Shown: in pieces, positions 19,413-29,636 of the stretch | Layout of the letters: each line of letters begins with the position of its first letter | Numbering within the stretch: position 1 is the first letter of the stretch | Source of the DNA: Candidatus Marinacidobacterales bacterium | GTDB lineage: Bacteria; Acidobacteriota; Vicinamibacteria; Marinacidobacterales; SMYC01 | Direction: 5' to 3' | NCBI GenBank assembly: GCA_965262245.1 | Contig: OZ253507.1 | Span: 1,148,695 to 1,212,694, forward strand | Length of the DNA: 64,000 bases | Notes under the pieces: generated by a model | The model's input: only the letters and a program-made list of their open reading frames with translations | Database searches by the model: none | Told to the model about the DNA's origin: nothing | Program-made: the position numbers and the translations under genes

Positions 19413-21386
19413 ATGAAAAACCGCTGGGTCCGAATTCTACTCAATAGTGCTGTGGCGCTCGCTGTATTCGCGGGCGCCTTCGGTTTCTACTTTCTCACGG
19501 GACCCACCGACGTAGCTTGGATGGAAGGCGCCGAGTATCAACGACGGGTCGCCCAATACGAGATTGGCCAAGGTCCCTGGGAGCGACCTCTATTCGTGCT
19601 GGCCTCGCAGCCGTTCTTGCTCCTGCCCTGGGGAGAGCTAGCGCGTCGCGCGAGCTGGGCCGCCGCGGCCTTCGCGGCGGGGGCCTGTCTGTTCGTCTAT
19701 CTGTTGATGCGGATGCTTCTTTCGATGGCGCCACAGTTCATCGCGCGCCGCATCGGGTTTCTGGCGGCTCTTTTCCTCGGGTTCTCTCACACCTTTTGGA
19801 TGCGCGCGGTAACGCCGGGGCCCGAACCGCTCGACGCGCTCGTCTTGGCCTCGTTCCTCTATTTCGTGCTCCGCTTCGCGAGTATCGGCGGAGCCGGGAA
19901 CCTCTATGTCGGGATGGGCATTCTCGGTTTGTCGCTCGCCAACAATTTGCTGATGTTGTTCCTCATCCCGATCGTGTTCACCTTCGTGCGCGTCGTGCAG
20001 CCGCCGCTGATCCGGGAAGTGGGAGGCGTTCGGTTCCGCGGCCTTCTTGCGTTCTGCGCGGGCGCCTCCGTGGCGCTCGCCGTCGCCGCCTGGGGATGGA
20101 CTCACACCGGCTTCGTCGTTCCAGCGGAGCACGCGAACGGGCTTTTGTTCTTCGACGACATGATGCTCGCCTGGGAGCCACCGCTAAAAGAGTCGCTCGC
20201 GCGGTTCGGGGCCCTTCTGCTTCTCAATTTTCCACCGTGGACCGCGATCATTGGCCTCATCGGCCTCTGGGAGCTCTATCGACGCCAGAAATACGTGTTC
20301 TATCTCATCTTCCCCCTCTTTCTCGTCTATGCGTTTCTCGTGGTCACTTTGAAGTTAGAGGCGCCCGTACCGTCTTATCTGCCGGCGTGGGTCTTTCTGT
20401 CGGTGGCCGTCGGTTTCGGCTGGTGGAAGCTTCTCTCTGGCGGCAGTTGGCAAGGTTTCGCGTTCGCCGTCATCCTTTGCGCCTCGCCAGTCGTCATCTA
20501 TCGTTTCGCGCCTGAGGCTGTGCGAAAGGCGCGCATGGAGCTCAGGGCCGAAGCGCTCCTGGACGTTCCAAAGGAGCTTCCGCTCGACCAACTGGCGTTT
20601 TCGCTCAATCCCGACCGCCGCGGCCTTCCACAAGCCCGTGTTTTCGCGCGAGCGGCGCTCGCAACGCTTCCCGAGGGAGCCGTTGTTGTCGCACCGTCCC
20701 GCACGAGCGAGCTCATGGTGGCGCCGATGCGCTATCTCGTGGAGGTGGAGGATCAGGCGACGGTGAGCTTCGTGTCGATCGGGGATGAAGACCCGTTCGA
20801 GAATAACGTCTACGTCATGGGTCTCCATCCGCCTCATCCCCTGGTGGTCGCGACGCTTTCGACGCATCATTTCCGAGCGACGGGCGATTGGTTTCAGGTT
20901 GTGCCGCGAGACCCTATGACCGGCGGCGTGCTTGCGGATGCTCCCATTGGCGAATCCGGAGATAGCGCTGACGACCTGGACGGGTCCGATCTTCTAGGGG
21001 TCTGGCATGGCCACATCGAGCCCCAAGGCTATCCGGTCACGCTGCGCATCGAGGGCACGCCCAAGGATCTCACCGGTACGGTCGTTTTGAACGAGGAGAG
21101 CCGCCGGCCCCGCGAAGGCACGTTCGTTCGATTGAGCTCCACCGTCGGCGCCGTTCTTGGAAGCATCGAATACGGCAAGCGTGATGCCGACCAAATCCAC
21201 GTCCACATCGACGCAACACAAGAGGGCAATCACCTCGAAGGCTACTGGAAAATCTACGAGCTCCCCGAGCTCAACGGCCGCTTCGTGGTGTCTAGATCAG
21301 CATTCAGCATTCAGCATTCAGTTTCTTCTATTGAGCGAGGCCGTCACATGGCGGCGGGATGTCGCCGTCTAGCGCCCGACAACTGA
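19413..21386 (+). CDS. Polytopic membrane protein, GT-C/DUF2723 (TMEM260)-like, with soluble C-terminal domain
   Basis: Many TM helices; MEGAEY loop, SHTFW, GLSLANN motifs reminiscent of DUF2723. Confidence 0.55.
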   Translation: MKNRWVRILLNSAVALAVFAGAFGFYFLTGPTDVAWMEGAEYQRRVAQYEIGQGPWERPLFVLASQPFLLLPWGELARRASWAAAAFAAGACLFVYLLMRMLLSMAPQFIARRIGFLAALFLGFSHTFWMRAVTPGPEPLDALVLASFLYFVLRFASIGGAGNLYVGMGILGLSLANNLLMLFLIPIVFTFVRVVQPPLIREVGGVRFRGLLAFCAGASVALAVAAWGWTHTGFVVPAEHANGLLFFDDMMLAWEPPLKESLARFGALLLLNFPPWTAIIGLIGLWELYRRQKYVFYLIFPLFLVYAFLVVTLKLEAPVPSYLPAWVFLSVAVGFGWWKLLSGGSWQGFAFAVILCASPVVIYRFAPEAVRKARMELRAEALLDVPKELPLDQLAFSLNPDRRGLPQARVFARAALATLPEGAVVVAPSRTSELMVAPMRYLVEVEDQATVSFVSIGDEDPFENNVYVMGLHPPHPLVVATLSTHHFRATGDWFQVVPRDPMTGGVLADAPIGESGDSADDLDGSDLLGVWHGHIEPQGYPVTLRIEGTPKDLTGTVVLNEESRRPREGTFVRLSSTVGAVLGSIEYGKRDADQIHVHIDATQEGNHLEGYWKIYELPELNGRFVVSRSAFSIQHSVSSIERGRHMAAGCRRLAPDN

Positions 21387-21398
21387 ATGCTGAACTAG
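21292..21398. repeat. CTAG-bounded palindromic element with (CAGCATT)n arms
   Basis: Left CTAGATCAGCATTCAGCATTCAGCATTCAG; right CTGAATGCTGAACTAG (15/16 IR). Confidence 0.7.
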
Positions 21399-22774
21399 CC
21401 CGTTTGTTGCTTGCGAAAAGCCTCGGGCTGGATTCCGTACTTCTTCATCACGTCGTAGAAGTCCTTGCGGTCCTTCTTCGCGAGCCGTGCCGCCTGGGAA
21501 ATGTTGCCTTGACAGATGCGGAGCACTTGCGAGATGTACTCCTTCTCGAACTCTCGCTTCGCTTCTTTGAACGATTGGAACTTGTTCGAGGAGACCGGGA
21601 CGTGGAAGAAGAGGTCCTCGGCGGTGATGACATTGTTGCGCGTCAACACCATCGCCTGCTTCACTTTGTTCTTCAGCTCACGGATATTGCCCGGCCATTG
21701 ATAGGTCATCATCTTCTGGATTGCGGCGGGCGAGAAACCTTCCACGATCTTGCCGAGCTCCTTGTTCATTTCGGTCAAGAAGTGATTGATGAGAAGCGGG
21801 ATGTCTTCCTTGCGCTCGCGTAGCGGCGGCAAGTGGATCGGGATCACGTTCAACCGATAGAAGAGATCCTCGCGGAACGACTTCTCCGAGATCGCTTGGA
21901 TCAGATCTTTGTTGGTGGCGGCGATGACCCGGACGTCGACTTTGACGGCTCGGGTCGACCCGATGCGTTTGAACTCGCCGTCCTGGAGCACGCGAAGAAA
22001 TTTTACTTGCAGCGGCAGAGGAAGCTCGCCGATTTCATCGAGGAACAGCGTGCCGTCATGCGCTTCTTCGAACAGACCTTTTTGGTCGGTCCTCGCGTCC
22101 GTATAGGCGCCCTTCACGTGGCCGAAGAGCTCGTTCTCGATCAAGTTCTCCGGGATCGCGCCGCAGTTCTCGACGACGAAAGGTTTGTCGGCCCGTTTTC
22201 CCGTGTAGTGGATGGCGCGCGCAACGAGCTCCTTACCGGTGCCCGACTCGCCGTAGATGATCACGGGGACGTCGTTCTGGGCGACGATCGAGATTTGTGT
22301 CAAGAGCTCTTCGACTTTTGAGCACGCTCCCACGATGAAGTCCGACTTGCGCCGGCTCATGATTTTGGTGCGGACTTGCTTGACCTCGGCGTAAGTGCGG
22401 TGGCGCTCGACGGCCTTACGCGCTTTCTCGACGAGGTCTTCGACGTCGAAAGGTTTGGTCAAGTAGTGATAAACGCCGTCCTGCATGAGGCGGACAGCTT
22501 CGTTCACCTCGCCATAGGCGGTCATGATGATGACTGGAATATCCGGATTGAACTGTGTGATCGACCGTGCGAGCTCGTCGCCCTTCAATTTGGGCATCTT
22601 CATGTCGGTGATGACGAGGTTGAAGACTTGCTTGCGGATGAGGTCGAGACCGACCTCCCCGTCGCTCGCAGCAACGACGTGGTAGCCTTCGCGTTCGAGC
22701 CGGCTCTTCAGCATCCGCTGCATGCTGGGGTCATCATCGACAATAAGAACCTGTGGCCCAGCGGGCTCCTTCAT
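21395..22774 (-). CDS. sigma54-dependent response regulator (GlrR/NtrC-like)
   Basis: REC (VDDD, TDMKMP, KP), GESGTGKE, GAYTDA loop, LFLDEIG, WPGNIREL, HTH. Confidence 0.92.
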   Translation of the reverse strand: MKEPAGPQVLIVDDDPSMQRMLKSRLEREGYHVVAASDGEVGLDLIRKQVFNLVITDMKMPKLKGDELARSITQFNPDIPVIIMTAYGEVNEAVRLMQDGVYHYLTKPFDVEDLVEKARKAVERHRTYAEVKQVRTKIMSRRKSDFIVGACSKVEELLTQISIVAQNDVPVIIYGESGTGKELVARAIHYTGKRADKPFVVENCGAIPENLIENELFGHVKGAYTDARTDQKGLFEEAHDGTLFLDEIGELPLPLQVKFLRVLQDGEFKRIGSTRAVKVDVRVIAATNKDLIQAISEKSFREDLFYRLNVIPIHLPPLRERKEDIPLLINHFLTEMNKELGKIVEGFSPAAIQKMMTYQWPGNIRELKNKVKQAMVLTRNNVITAEDLFFHVPVSSNKFQSFKEAKREFEKEYISQVLRICQGNISQAARLAKKDRKDFYDVMKKYGIQPEAFRKQQTG

Positions 22775-22819
22775 AGTGACGGCTCCATCAGTTGTTTCTA
22801 GGGTGTGGGGAAAATTATA

Positions 22820-23226
22820 CATCACGAATCTCTCCAAGTGAGCGCCACAATGCCCGTGAACTCTACGTGGATCCCGCAAGCGACCGGGGCCCGAGAGGTT
22901 CTCTGTAACTAATTGTGAATAAAACGCTTTTTGCGAAGCGGCGGTGTCGGGACGCCCACGGCAGACCTTGGATCGGAGGGATCGGAGCTCGGATTCCACC
23001 TGCCGCCTGAGGTTTTTCCCACCCATCAGCGCAGCGGAAACCTCTTTCGAAGGCGTCGACCGATCGAGCTTGGAGGTCGGATCTATAGAGTACCGAGGGC
23101 AAGGATCCGCCTGTTTGTGGTTGACCTTCAAGGAGTTATCGGAACGTAACATCGCTTCAACTCCCGCGGCTCGCACTCCGAGACACGGGTAATCTTGTGT
23201 TTTATTTAGAGTTGGTTGAATCGCTC
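22820..23226 (-). ncRNA. Candidate structured sRNA or long 5' leader
   Basis: Consecutive complementary pairs (GGAGTT/AACTCC, CGGATC/GATCCG, GAGGTTT/AAACCTC, GGCAG/CTGCC) downstream of a sigma54-like motif. Confidence 0.35.
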
Positions 23227-23236
23227 CTTTGTGCAA

Positions 23237-23271
23237 AGCAGGATCCGTTCCAGCGAGCTAAGCTGTTGAAA
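23237..23271 (-). promoter_or_regulatory. sigma54-like promoter with adjacent IHF-like site
   Basis: TGGAACGGATCCTGCT (GG-N10-GC); TTTCAACAGCTTA just upstream resembles WATCAAnnnnTTR. Confidence 0.5.
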
Positions 23272-23279
23272 AATAAAAA

Positions 23280-24490
23280 CTAATGCTGAAACGGTGTCCC
23301 GTCGCCGGGGGGTGTGGCGAAGCCTTTGCGGCGGCGGAGGGTGCCGTAGAGGGTGTCCATATCGTGTAGCAGGCGCTTTGCACGATGGTGCTCTAGCACC
23401 GCCGCGCGAGCCGCATGCGTTCGGGAGTCGGTTTCATCTCTCCGTCTGAGGGCGCGCTCGAGGGCGCGCGCGAGCGCTTCCGGGTCACCCGCGGGAACCA
23501 AGTCACCGAGTGCGCCGCCTTGCAACAGGTCGGGCGAGCCACCCACCGACGTGGCGACCACCGGGATGCCAGCCGCCATGGCTTCGATGAGAGCTACGGG
23601 CGTCCCCTCGTTGCGAGAGCTATTCACGACGAGATCGAGGTCCGGATAGACCGTCTCGAGCTCGGACAGAAACCCGGTGAAGTGCACGCGCGAAGCGACG
23701 CCGAGCGTGCGCGCCAGAGACTCGAGCCGCGCTCTTTCGGGCCCGTCGCCGACCAAGGCCAGGTGCGCGCCCTCGAGCCGAGTCCATGCCGACAAGAGCG
23801 TCGGCACGTCCTTGATGGGGACGAGGCGGCCGACACAGCCGATGAGCGGGATGTTCCGGTCGAGGCCGAGGCGCGCGCGCAGCCGGCCTTTCGCAGGCGG
23901 CGAGAGAAAGCGCTCGAGCTCGAGGCCGAGCGGGATGGTGTGGATGCCGTGTCGGGGCGCGAGGCGCTTTTTGGCGAGCTCCTCTGCGACGGCGGGACTC
24001 ACGGCGACGATGGCGTCGGTCACCCGCGCTAGCGCCCTCTCGACGAGCGCGTAGATCGCCGCGGGTAGCTTTCGAAAGTAGCCCGTAAAGACGGAGCCGT
24101 GGAAAGTGTGGACGGTGACGGGAACACCCATGAGGGGTGCAGCGATACGGCCGAGGGCGCCCGCTTTGGCGGTATGCGTATGCACCACGTGGGGCCGATG
24201 CAGGGCGATGAGACGGCAGATGGTGATGAAGCTCCTGAAGTCGTCCACCGGCCGGATGGAGCGTCCGAGTGTCGGCACGATGACGGTTCGAGGTTTTTCG
24301 ATTGCGCGAGCTCGTAAAGATTCCCCTCATGTAACTCTTCCTTTCCGAGGACGAGGGTCGAGTCGTAGCGCGCCGGGTCGAGGTCCGCGGTTAGAAGAAC
24401 GACATGGATAGACGGGCCGCCGACGTTCAGCCGAGAAAAAATCCGCATAACGCGGATCTTTTCTTCGCTCGAGCTGTCAGCATTCGGCAT
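23280..24490 (-). CDS. Glycosyltransferase family 4 (frameshift ~24285)
   Basis: RLNVGGP, HTHTAKAG, HTFHG, VGRLVPIK, NEGTPVALIEAMA; N-terminus lies in a different frame. Confidence 0.85.
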
Positions 24491-24496
24491 CGGCAA

Positions 24497-26215
24497 TCAA
24501 GTCCGAGCGTCGGGGTGGGGGATCCAGACGTTCTCCAAAACGAGTGCGTCCACGCTCGAGCGAATAAACGTGTCGACGGCCTCTTCTGGGGAGCAGACGA
24601 TGGGCTCTTGGATGTTGAACGACGTGTTGAGCACGACGGGAACGCCGGAAATCTGCTCGAACTCGTGAATGAGCTCCCGGTAGAGAGGCTCCGTTTCCTT
24701 CCTGACCGTTTGGGGGCGCGCGGTACCGTCGACATGGACCACGGCTGGAATCTCGTCACGCTTGTCCGAAGATACGGGCAGGACGAGCAGCATGTATGGC
24801 GAGTCGATGGCGGCGCCGAAATAGCGGGGCGTCGCTTCCTGGAGCATCGACGGCGCGAAGGGGCGGAACGGCTCGCGCTGCTTGATGCGTTCGTTCAGGA
24901 TTTCCTTCATCTTGCCGTTGCGCGGGTCCGCGAGAAAGCTTCGGTGGCCCAGTGCACGCGGTCCGAACTCCATGCGGCCTTGGAACCACCCGAGGATTTT
25001 GCCGTCGGCGAGTGCCCGTGCGGCTTTGCGCGCCACGGATGCGCGCGGGAGCTCTTCGTGCGCCAGATTCTTGGCTCCTGCCACGGCAATACAGCGCTCG
25101 GTGCTGTAGCCGGGGCCGAGATAGGCGTCACGCATCGTGTAGCGTCTCGGCTCGTTCAGCTTGTGATGCAGGACGTAGAGCGCCGAGCCTAGAGCGCCGC
25201 CGGCATCGTTGGCGGTGGGCTGGATAAAGAGCTCGTCGAACGGGCTCTCCCGCAGGATCCGGCCATTCATCACCGAGTTGAGAGCGACACCACCCGCGAG
25301 GCACAAGCGTTTCTCACCGGTACGTTTTTTCAAATCGATGAGGATGTGCAGCACGGTCTCTTCGAGCGCCTTTTGTACGCTCGCGGCGACGTTGTAGTGA
25401 CGCTCGGTGATCTCCTCGTCAGGCCGCCGCGGGGGCCCGAAAACACTCGTAATTTTTTCGGGATATTCGCGGTGTTTCGCGAGGTGATGATCCATGTAGC
25501 TGATGTCGAGATTGAACGTGCCGCTGCCGTTTGCGACGAGCACGTTGTCGCGGAGGAAGTCGTAATATTCGGGCTCGCCATAAGCGGCCATCCCCATTAC
25601 TTTGTACTCGTCCCCTTGAAACATATCGAAGCCGAGAAAGTTGGTCGCGGCCGAGTAGAATTGTCCGAGCGAGTGGGGGAGCTTCACGCGGTTCAGAACA
25701 CGAATGCGGTTGCCTTCTCCGTAGCTCGCCATCGTTGTCGTGCTCTCGCCGGTGCCATCGAGCGTGAGAATGGCGGCGCTCTCGAACGGCGAAGCGTAAT
25801 AGGCGCTCGCGGCATGTCCGAGGTGATGCTCGACATAGTGGATCGCGCCGTCGTGCTCACCGAAGGCGTCGCTCAAGATGGTCTTGAGCTGGAACATGCG
25901 CCGATAATGTCCGCCGACTTGCTGCGCGCCGCGCGTCGCGCGAGCCGTGAAAAGCCTCGGGTGTTTCAGCAGGATTGGGATCCTGTGGCCGATGCGGTGG
26001 CCGAGCATCCACGGCCGCCAGTAATGCGCGATGTGGTCGACCTCGGCGAGTGCTACGCCTGCGCTGGCGAGGCAGGATCGCACGGCTTCGTAGGGAAAGC
26101 CGATATGGTGTTTCGTTCGGGAAAAGCGCTCCTCTTCGGCGGCGTGGACGAGCTCGCCGTTCCAGAACAGAGCGGCCGCCGATTCTCCCATCGTCGTGAG
26201 CCCGAGCACGTACAT
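24497..26215 (-). CDS. Carbamoyltransferase (NodU/CmcH family)
   Basis: EEERFSR.KH, HH.GHA.SA, EYKVMGMA, GPRALG.RS, VHVDGTAR.Q, LNTSFN. Confidence 0.93.
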   Translation of the reverse strand: MYVLGLTTMGESAAALFWNGELVHAAEEERFSRTKHHIGFPYEAVRSCLASAGVALAEVDHIAHYWRPWMLGHRIGHRIPILLKHPRLFTARATRGAQQVGGHYRRMFQLKTILSDAFGEHDGAIHYVEHHLGHAASAYYASPFESAAILTLDGTGESTTTMASYGEGNRIRVLNRVKLPHSLGQFYSAATNFLGFDMFQGDEYKVMGMAAYGEPEYYDFLRDNVLVANGSGTFNLDISYMDHHLAKHREYPEKITSVFGPPRRPDEEITERHYNVAASVQKALEETVLHILIDLKKRTGEKRLCLAGGVALNSVMNGRILRESPFDELFIQPTANDAGGALGSALYVLHHKLNEPRRYTMRDAYLGPGYSTERCIAVAGAKNLAHEELPRASVARKAARALADGKILGWFQGRMEFGPRALGHRSFLADPRNGKMKEILNERIKQREPFRPFAPSMLQEATPRYFGAAIDSPYMLLVLPVSSDKRDEIPAVVHVDGTARPQTVRKETEPLYRELIHEFEQISGVPVVLNTSFNIQEPIVCSPEEAVDTFIRSSVDALVLENVWIPHPDART

Positions 26216-26228
26216 GTTGGGGGTCCTT

Positions 26229-26669
26229 TCAGAAAGCCTCGAGCCACGAGGCGAGCGTTAACAAACAGAAGAGCTGTTGGCCTCGATCGCGCCGGCCCTA
26301 CATGTGCTCTCTGACGATCGCACCGACCTTGTCTTCCCGGAGGTGCTCGAAGAGCGGTGCTTTCTTTGCCGTGAGCTGTGACGTGACATAGGGCTCGAGC
26401 TCGTTTCGAAACCAAGCGCCGAGCGGCACGCCGAAACCCATCTTGGCGCGCGTTTTTATCCGATCCGGCACGAGGTCGCCGAAAGCTTCCCGGAGAACGA
26501 CCTTCGTCGCGAGGCCGCGAAGCTTGAAACGATCCGGAAGCTGTCCCGCAAATTCGGTCAAACGCGTGTCGAGAAACGGGGATCGTGCTTCGAGCCCGTG
26601 CGCCATGCTCATACGATCCATTTTCACGAGCAGATCTTCGGGAAGATAGGTGCAGAAGTTTAGATAGAA
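26229..26669 (-). pseudogene. C-terminal fragment of asparagine synthase-like amidotransferase (AsnB family), with in-frame TAG at 26298
   Basis: YLPEDLLVKMDRMSMAHGLEARSPFLD..KMGFGVP..EHM*GRRDRGQQLFCLLTLASWL; most of the 5' part missing. Confidence 0.85.
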
Positions 26670-27546
26670 CTGTGGGACCCCATGGCGCCGATGATCTTCG
26701 CCAAGATTTTGGCCACCTCACGAGCCGCTATCGGGTCGTGAGTCTCGAGACACTTTTTCTGAATCTGCGCGATCAGGATCCGATGGAATCCGTGTGCACC
26801 ATCGGATTCGACGATGGCTATCGCGACAATATCGACCACGCGCTGCCGCTTTTGAAGAAATACGGCTGCCCTGCTTCCTTCTACGTGGTTACCGACTGCA
26901 TCGACAACAAGTGGCCTACGTGGACGTATCAGGTCGACTATCTCCTACGCAACACTCGCGCGAACAGCGTACGGGTGGAGTCGGTAAATTTGCCGAATGG
27001 CCTTCGCGAAGCAGGCCTTGAGAGCGAGCTAGCGAAGCTCGACTACGCACGGCGTTTGAAGCCTCATTTGAAGATGCTCGTGAACACCGACCGCCTCAGC
27101 GTTCTCGAAGAGCTGCGGCAGCGCCTCGACGACGTCGACATCCCGCGGAACATGATGATGAGCTGGAGCGACGTGCAATCGCTCCACGCCTCGGGCTTTA
27201 CCGTTGGTTCTCATCGAAGACGCACAGCATGCTTGCGTCGATAGAGGGCCGGGCCGTACTCCAACAGGAGCTCGAGCATTCTCGGGACCGGATCGAAAAA
27301 GAGATTGGTTCGACGCCGATTGCGATCTCCTATCCCATCGGAAGCGTTAACGATATCGTGGTCGAAGAAGCGAAGCGCACCGGCTACCAGCTCGGTCTCG
27401 CGACCGGGCAGCGAGCATGCGATACCGCTGCCAACGCCGACCCGTTTCGAATCCCTCGGATCGAGCTCTACAACGAGAGTTGCTGGAAGACGCGCATGCG
27501 GATCTCGGGTCATCTCGAGACCATCAAAAGGTGGATACGTCATTGA
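26667..27546 (+). pseudogene. Polysaccharide deacetylase, 5'-truncated, frameshifts ~26711 and ~27214
   Basis: GFDDGY.DN, GSH..TH, SYPIG NodB motifs split over frames. Confidence 0.8.
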
Positions 27547-28393
27547 GCTCCTCCCCGCCTATCCTTTTGTGGTGCGACGGCGGCGCGAACCAGAGGGCGC
27601 TCGCGCACAAAGTAGCGTCACGTTTCGAGCTCGCCGGGGTTGTCAGCTAAAACCGCGCCGTCACGCGTCGACTGATTTCCAAGCGAACGGCGAGACGGCT
27701 CGTCGAAAAACTGCTCTTTGGAGAAGTGGACGAGTGCTGGCGCCGTCTGCTCGCACGCTACCGGGAGCGTTTCCCCGAGTTTCCCGACGTGGAAACGCTC
27801 ACCGTGGAGAACATCAATTGCGCCGAGACCGAAGAGCTCGTCAACCGTAGCGGCGCCGAGCTCGTGTTGGTTTCGGGAACCCGGCTGGTGCGCGAGCGCC
27901 TATTGTCGCTTCCGATCGAAAAGGGAATTTTGAATCTCCACACCGGGCTCTCACCGTACGTCAAAGGCGGTCCGAACTGTACCAACTGGTGTCTTTCAGA
28001 AGGCAACTTTCATTTGATCGGCAACACCGTCATGTGGATCGATGCCGGTATCGACTCGGGTAATATCGTGACCACCGAACGCGTTCCGTTGGCGGGCGAC
28101 GAGACGCTCGACGAGATCCACTGGAAGGTGATGGAGCACGCGCACCAACTCTACCTCGACGCTGTCGCGCTGCTCGTCAACGCTCCCGAAATTTGCCCCT
28201 CGATTCGGCAGGAGTCGCTCGGCGAAGGAACGACTTACTACGCCCGCTCCTGGGGCTGGCGAGAGCGAAGGCGCTTGTTGGCCAACTTGAACAACGGCCA
28301 CTTCCGCGAAGCGGTCACATCCCCCGCCGTCCCGACCTCAAGAGTCGAATAAAGACCGTCCCACTCCCAAAAAGGAAAACCGACCTAGAGTAG
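27543..28393 (+). pseudogene. Sugar formyltransferase-like, in-frame TAA at 27648 and probable frameshift ~28330
   Basis: NLHTGLSPYVKGG, IDAGIDSG; N-terminus LWCDGGANQRALAHK is in frame across the stop. Confidence 0.75.
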
Positions 28394-28450
28394 GTGCTGC
28401 TCCCTACGGCCCCGAATGCGAGCCCGGATCCGTCTTGTCTTTTACGCCGG

Positions 28451-29530
28451 TCAAACAGCTTGCGAGGGAACGACGTGATTCAGCCGTCCGCAGATCCCGA
28501 AGCCTCGACGGCCCTCGTTGCAAGGCCAGAGCTCGGTGGCGCCTTCAGCTCTGAACCAAGCCGCCACCTCGTCATACGAGTGAGCGTGAGCGTAGGGGGC
28601 GCCGAAAATGTCCATGAGAGCGAGGGCCGCTTCACGCCGGCTGAGACTCGTATAGGCGCGAATCCCGAGCGCATCGACGACGAAGCAAAAACCTTGGAAC
28701 AGGGGGGCCATGAGGTTCGCAATGCGAGCGAATCGAGCGGCGGGAATGGACGTTGTGAGCCGGCGGATGCCGTTCACGAGTGGCGTGACGTAGGCTTCGT
28801 GCTTGTAGAGCCAGACGTAGAATGTTCCGTTCGGCTTCAGCAACGGCGCGAGCTGCGTAAAGGTGTGCCGCGTATTGGGGGTGTGGTGCAGTACGCCTGC
28901 CGAGTGGATGACGTCAAAGGTGCTTCGGGCGAACGGTGGATGTCGGACGTCGGCTTGCACGAAGTGAACTTTGTCGGGGCTCGCGTTCTTGTGTCGTCTT
29001 CGAAACTCCTGGCCGCGCTCTAGGCCCGAGCTCAGATCCACGGCGACGACCTCGCACCCGAGCTCGGTATAGGCGACCGATTGGCTTCCGTTGCCGCATC
29101 CGGCGTCGAGGATGAGCTTTCCCTTCAGCTCAGAACGCGGGATTCTAATCGGATCGAGAAAGAAGCACTCGACGCGACCCGCTAGATCCATTGCCCAGGT
29201 GCGGTCTCCCGCTTCGTGATATTGCCACTCGTGGGTGAAGTTCGCCTTGGTGCGTTGATCGTGCGCAAAACTCCTTTCGGCGCGCCTTACGAGAAGGTTT
29301 GCGAGCGACGCCGGAGGTGGCGAAGGAATCGAGGCGGAGACGTCTCGCCAGTGCTCGTCGATGGAGTCGGGAAGCAGACGCGGTATCCCACGCAGCACGG
29401 GAAAGAAGTGGGCCGCACGACAGTAAAGGATTCCTTCGGAAACGCCGTCCTCGGACGACGTGAGCGCTTCGAGGTCGAACGCATTGCCGCAATCGGGGCA
29501 GCGTAGAAAATCCATCAGTCTGCGGTACAT
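28451..29530 (-). CDS. Class I SAM methyltransferase with Trm112-like N-terminus
   Basis: LRCPDC...GIPRLL, LDAGCGNG, GVLHHTP. Confidence 0.88.
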   Translation of the reverse strand: MYRRLMDFLRCPDCGNAFDLEALTSSEDGVSEGILYCRAAHFFPVLRGIPRLLPDSIDEHWRDVSASIPSPPPASLANLLVRRAERSFAHDQRTKANFTHEWQYHEAGDRTWAMDLAGRVECFFLDPIRIPRSELKGKLILDAGCGNGSQSVAYTELGCEVVAVDLSSGLERGQEFRRRHKNASPDKVHFVQADVRHPPFARSTFDVIHSAGVLHHTPNTRHTFTQLAPLLKPNGTFYVWLYKHEAYVTPLVNGIRRLTTSIPAARFARIANLMAPLFQGFCFVVDALGIRAYTSLSRREAALALMDIFGAPYAHAHSYDEVAAWFRAEGATELWPCNEGRRGFGICGRLNHVVPSQAV

Positions 29531-29636
29531 GTTTCGGGATTTTGGTGAGTCCGTTTCAGAGTAACGAAAAACCCCGTGGACGGCAAGATGACTCGAAGGC
29601 GGCTCGACCCTTGCGTGACGTCAGGGCTGGGCGTTC

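Noticed and set aside
22775..23236. 154-aa N-terminal extension of the sigma54 regulator (613-aa ORF)
   Set aside because: Not protein-like, overlaps the promoter motif, and a GGAG SD precedes ATG 22774.
15397..27650. Stop-codon recoding (Sec, Pyl or alternative code) explaining the in-frame stops
   Set aside because: The stops are TAA/TAG rather than TGA, and both terminate normal genes here (pdxS TAA, purH TAG).
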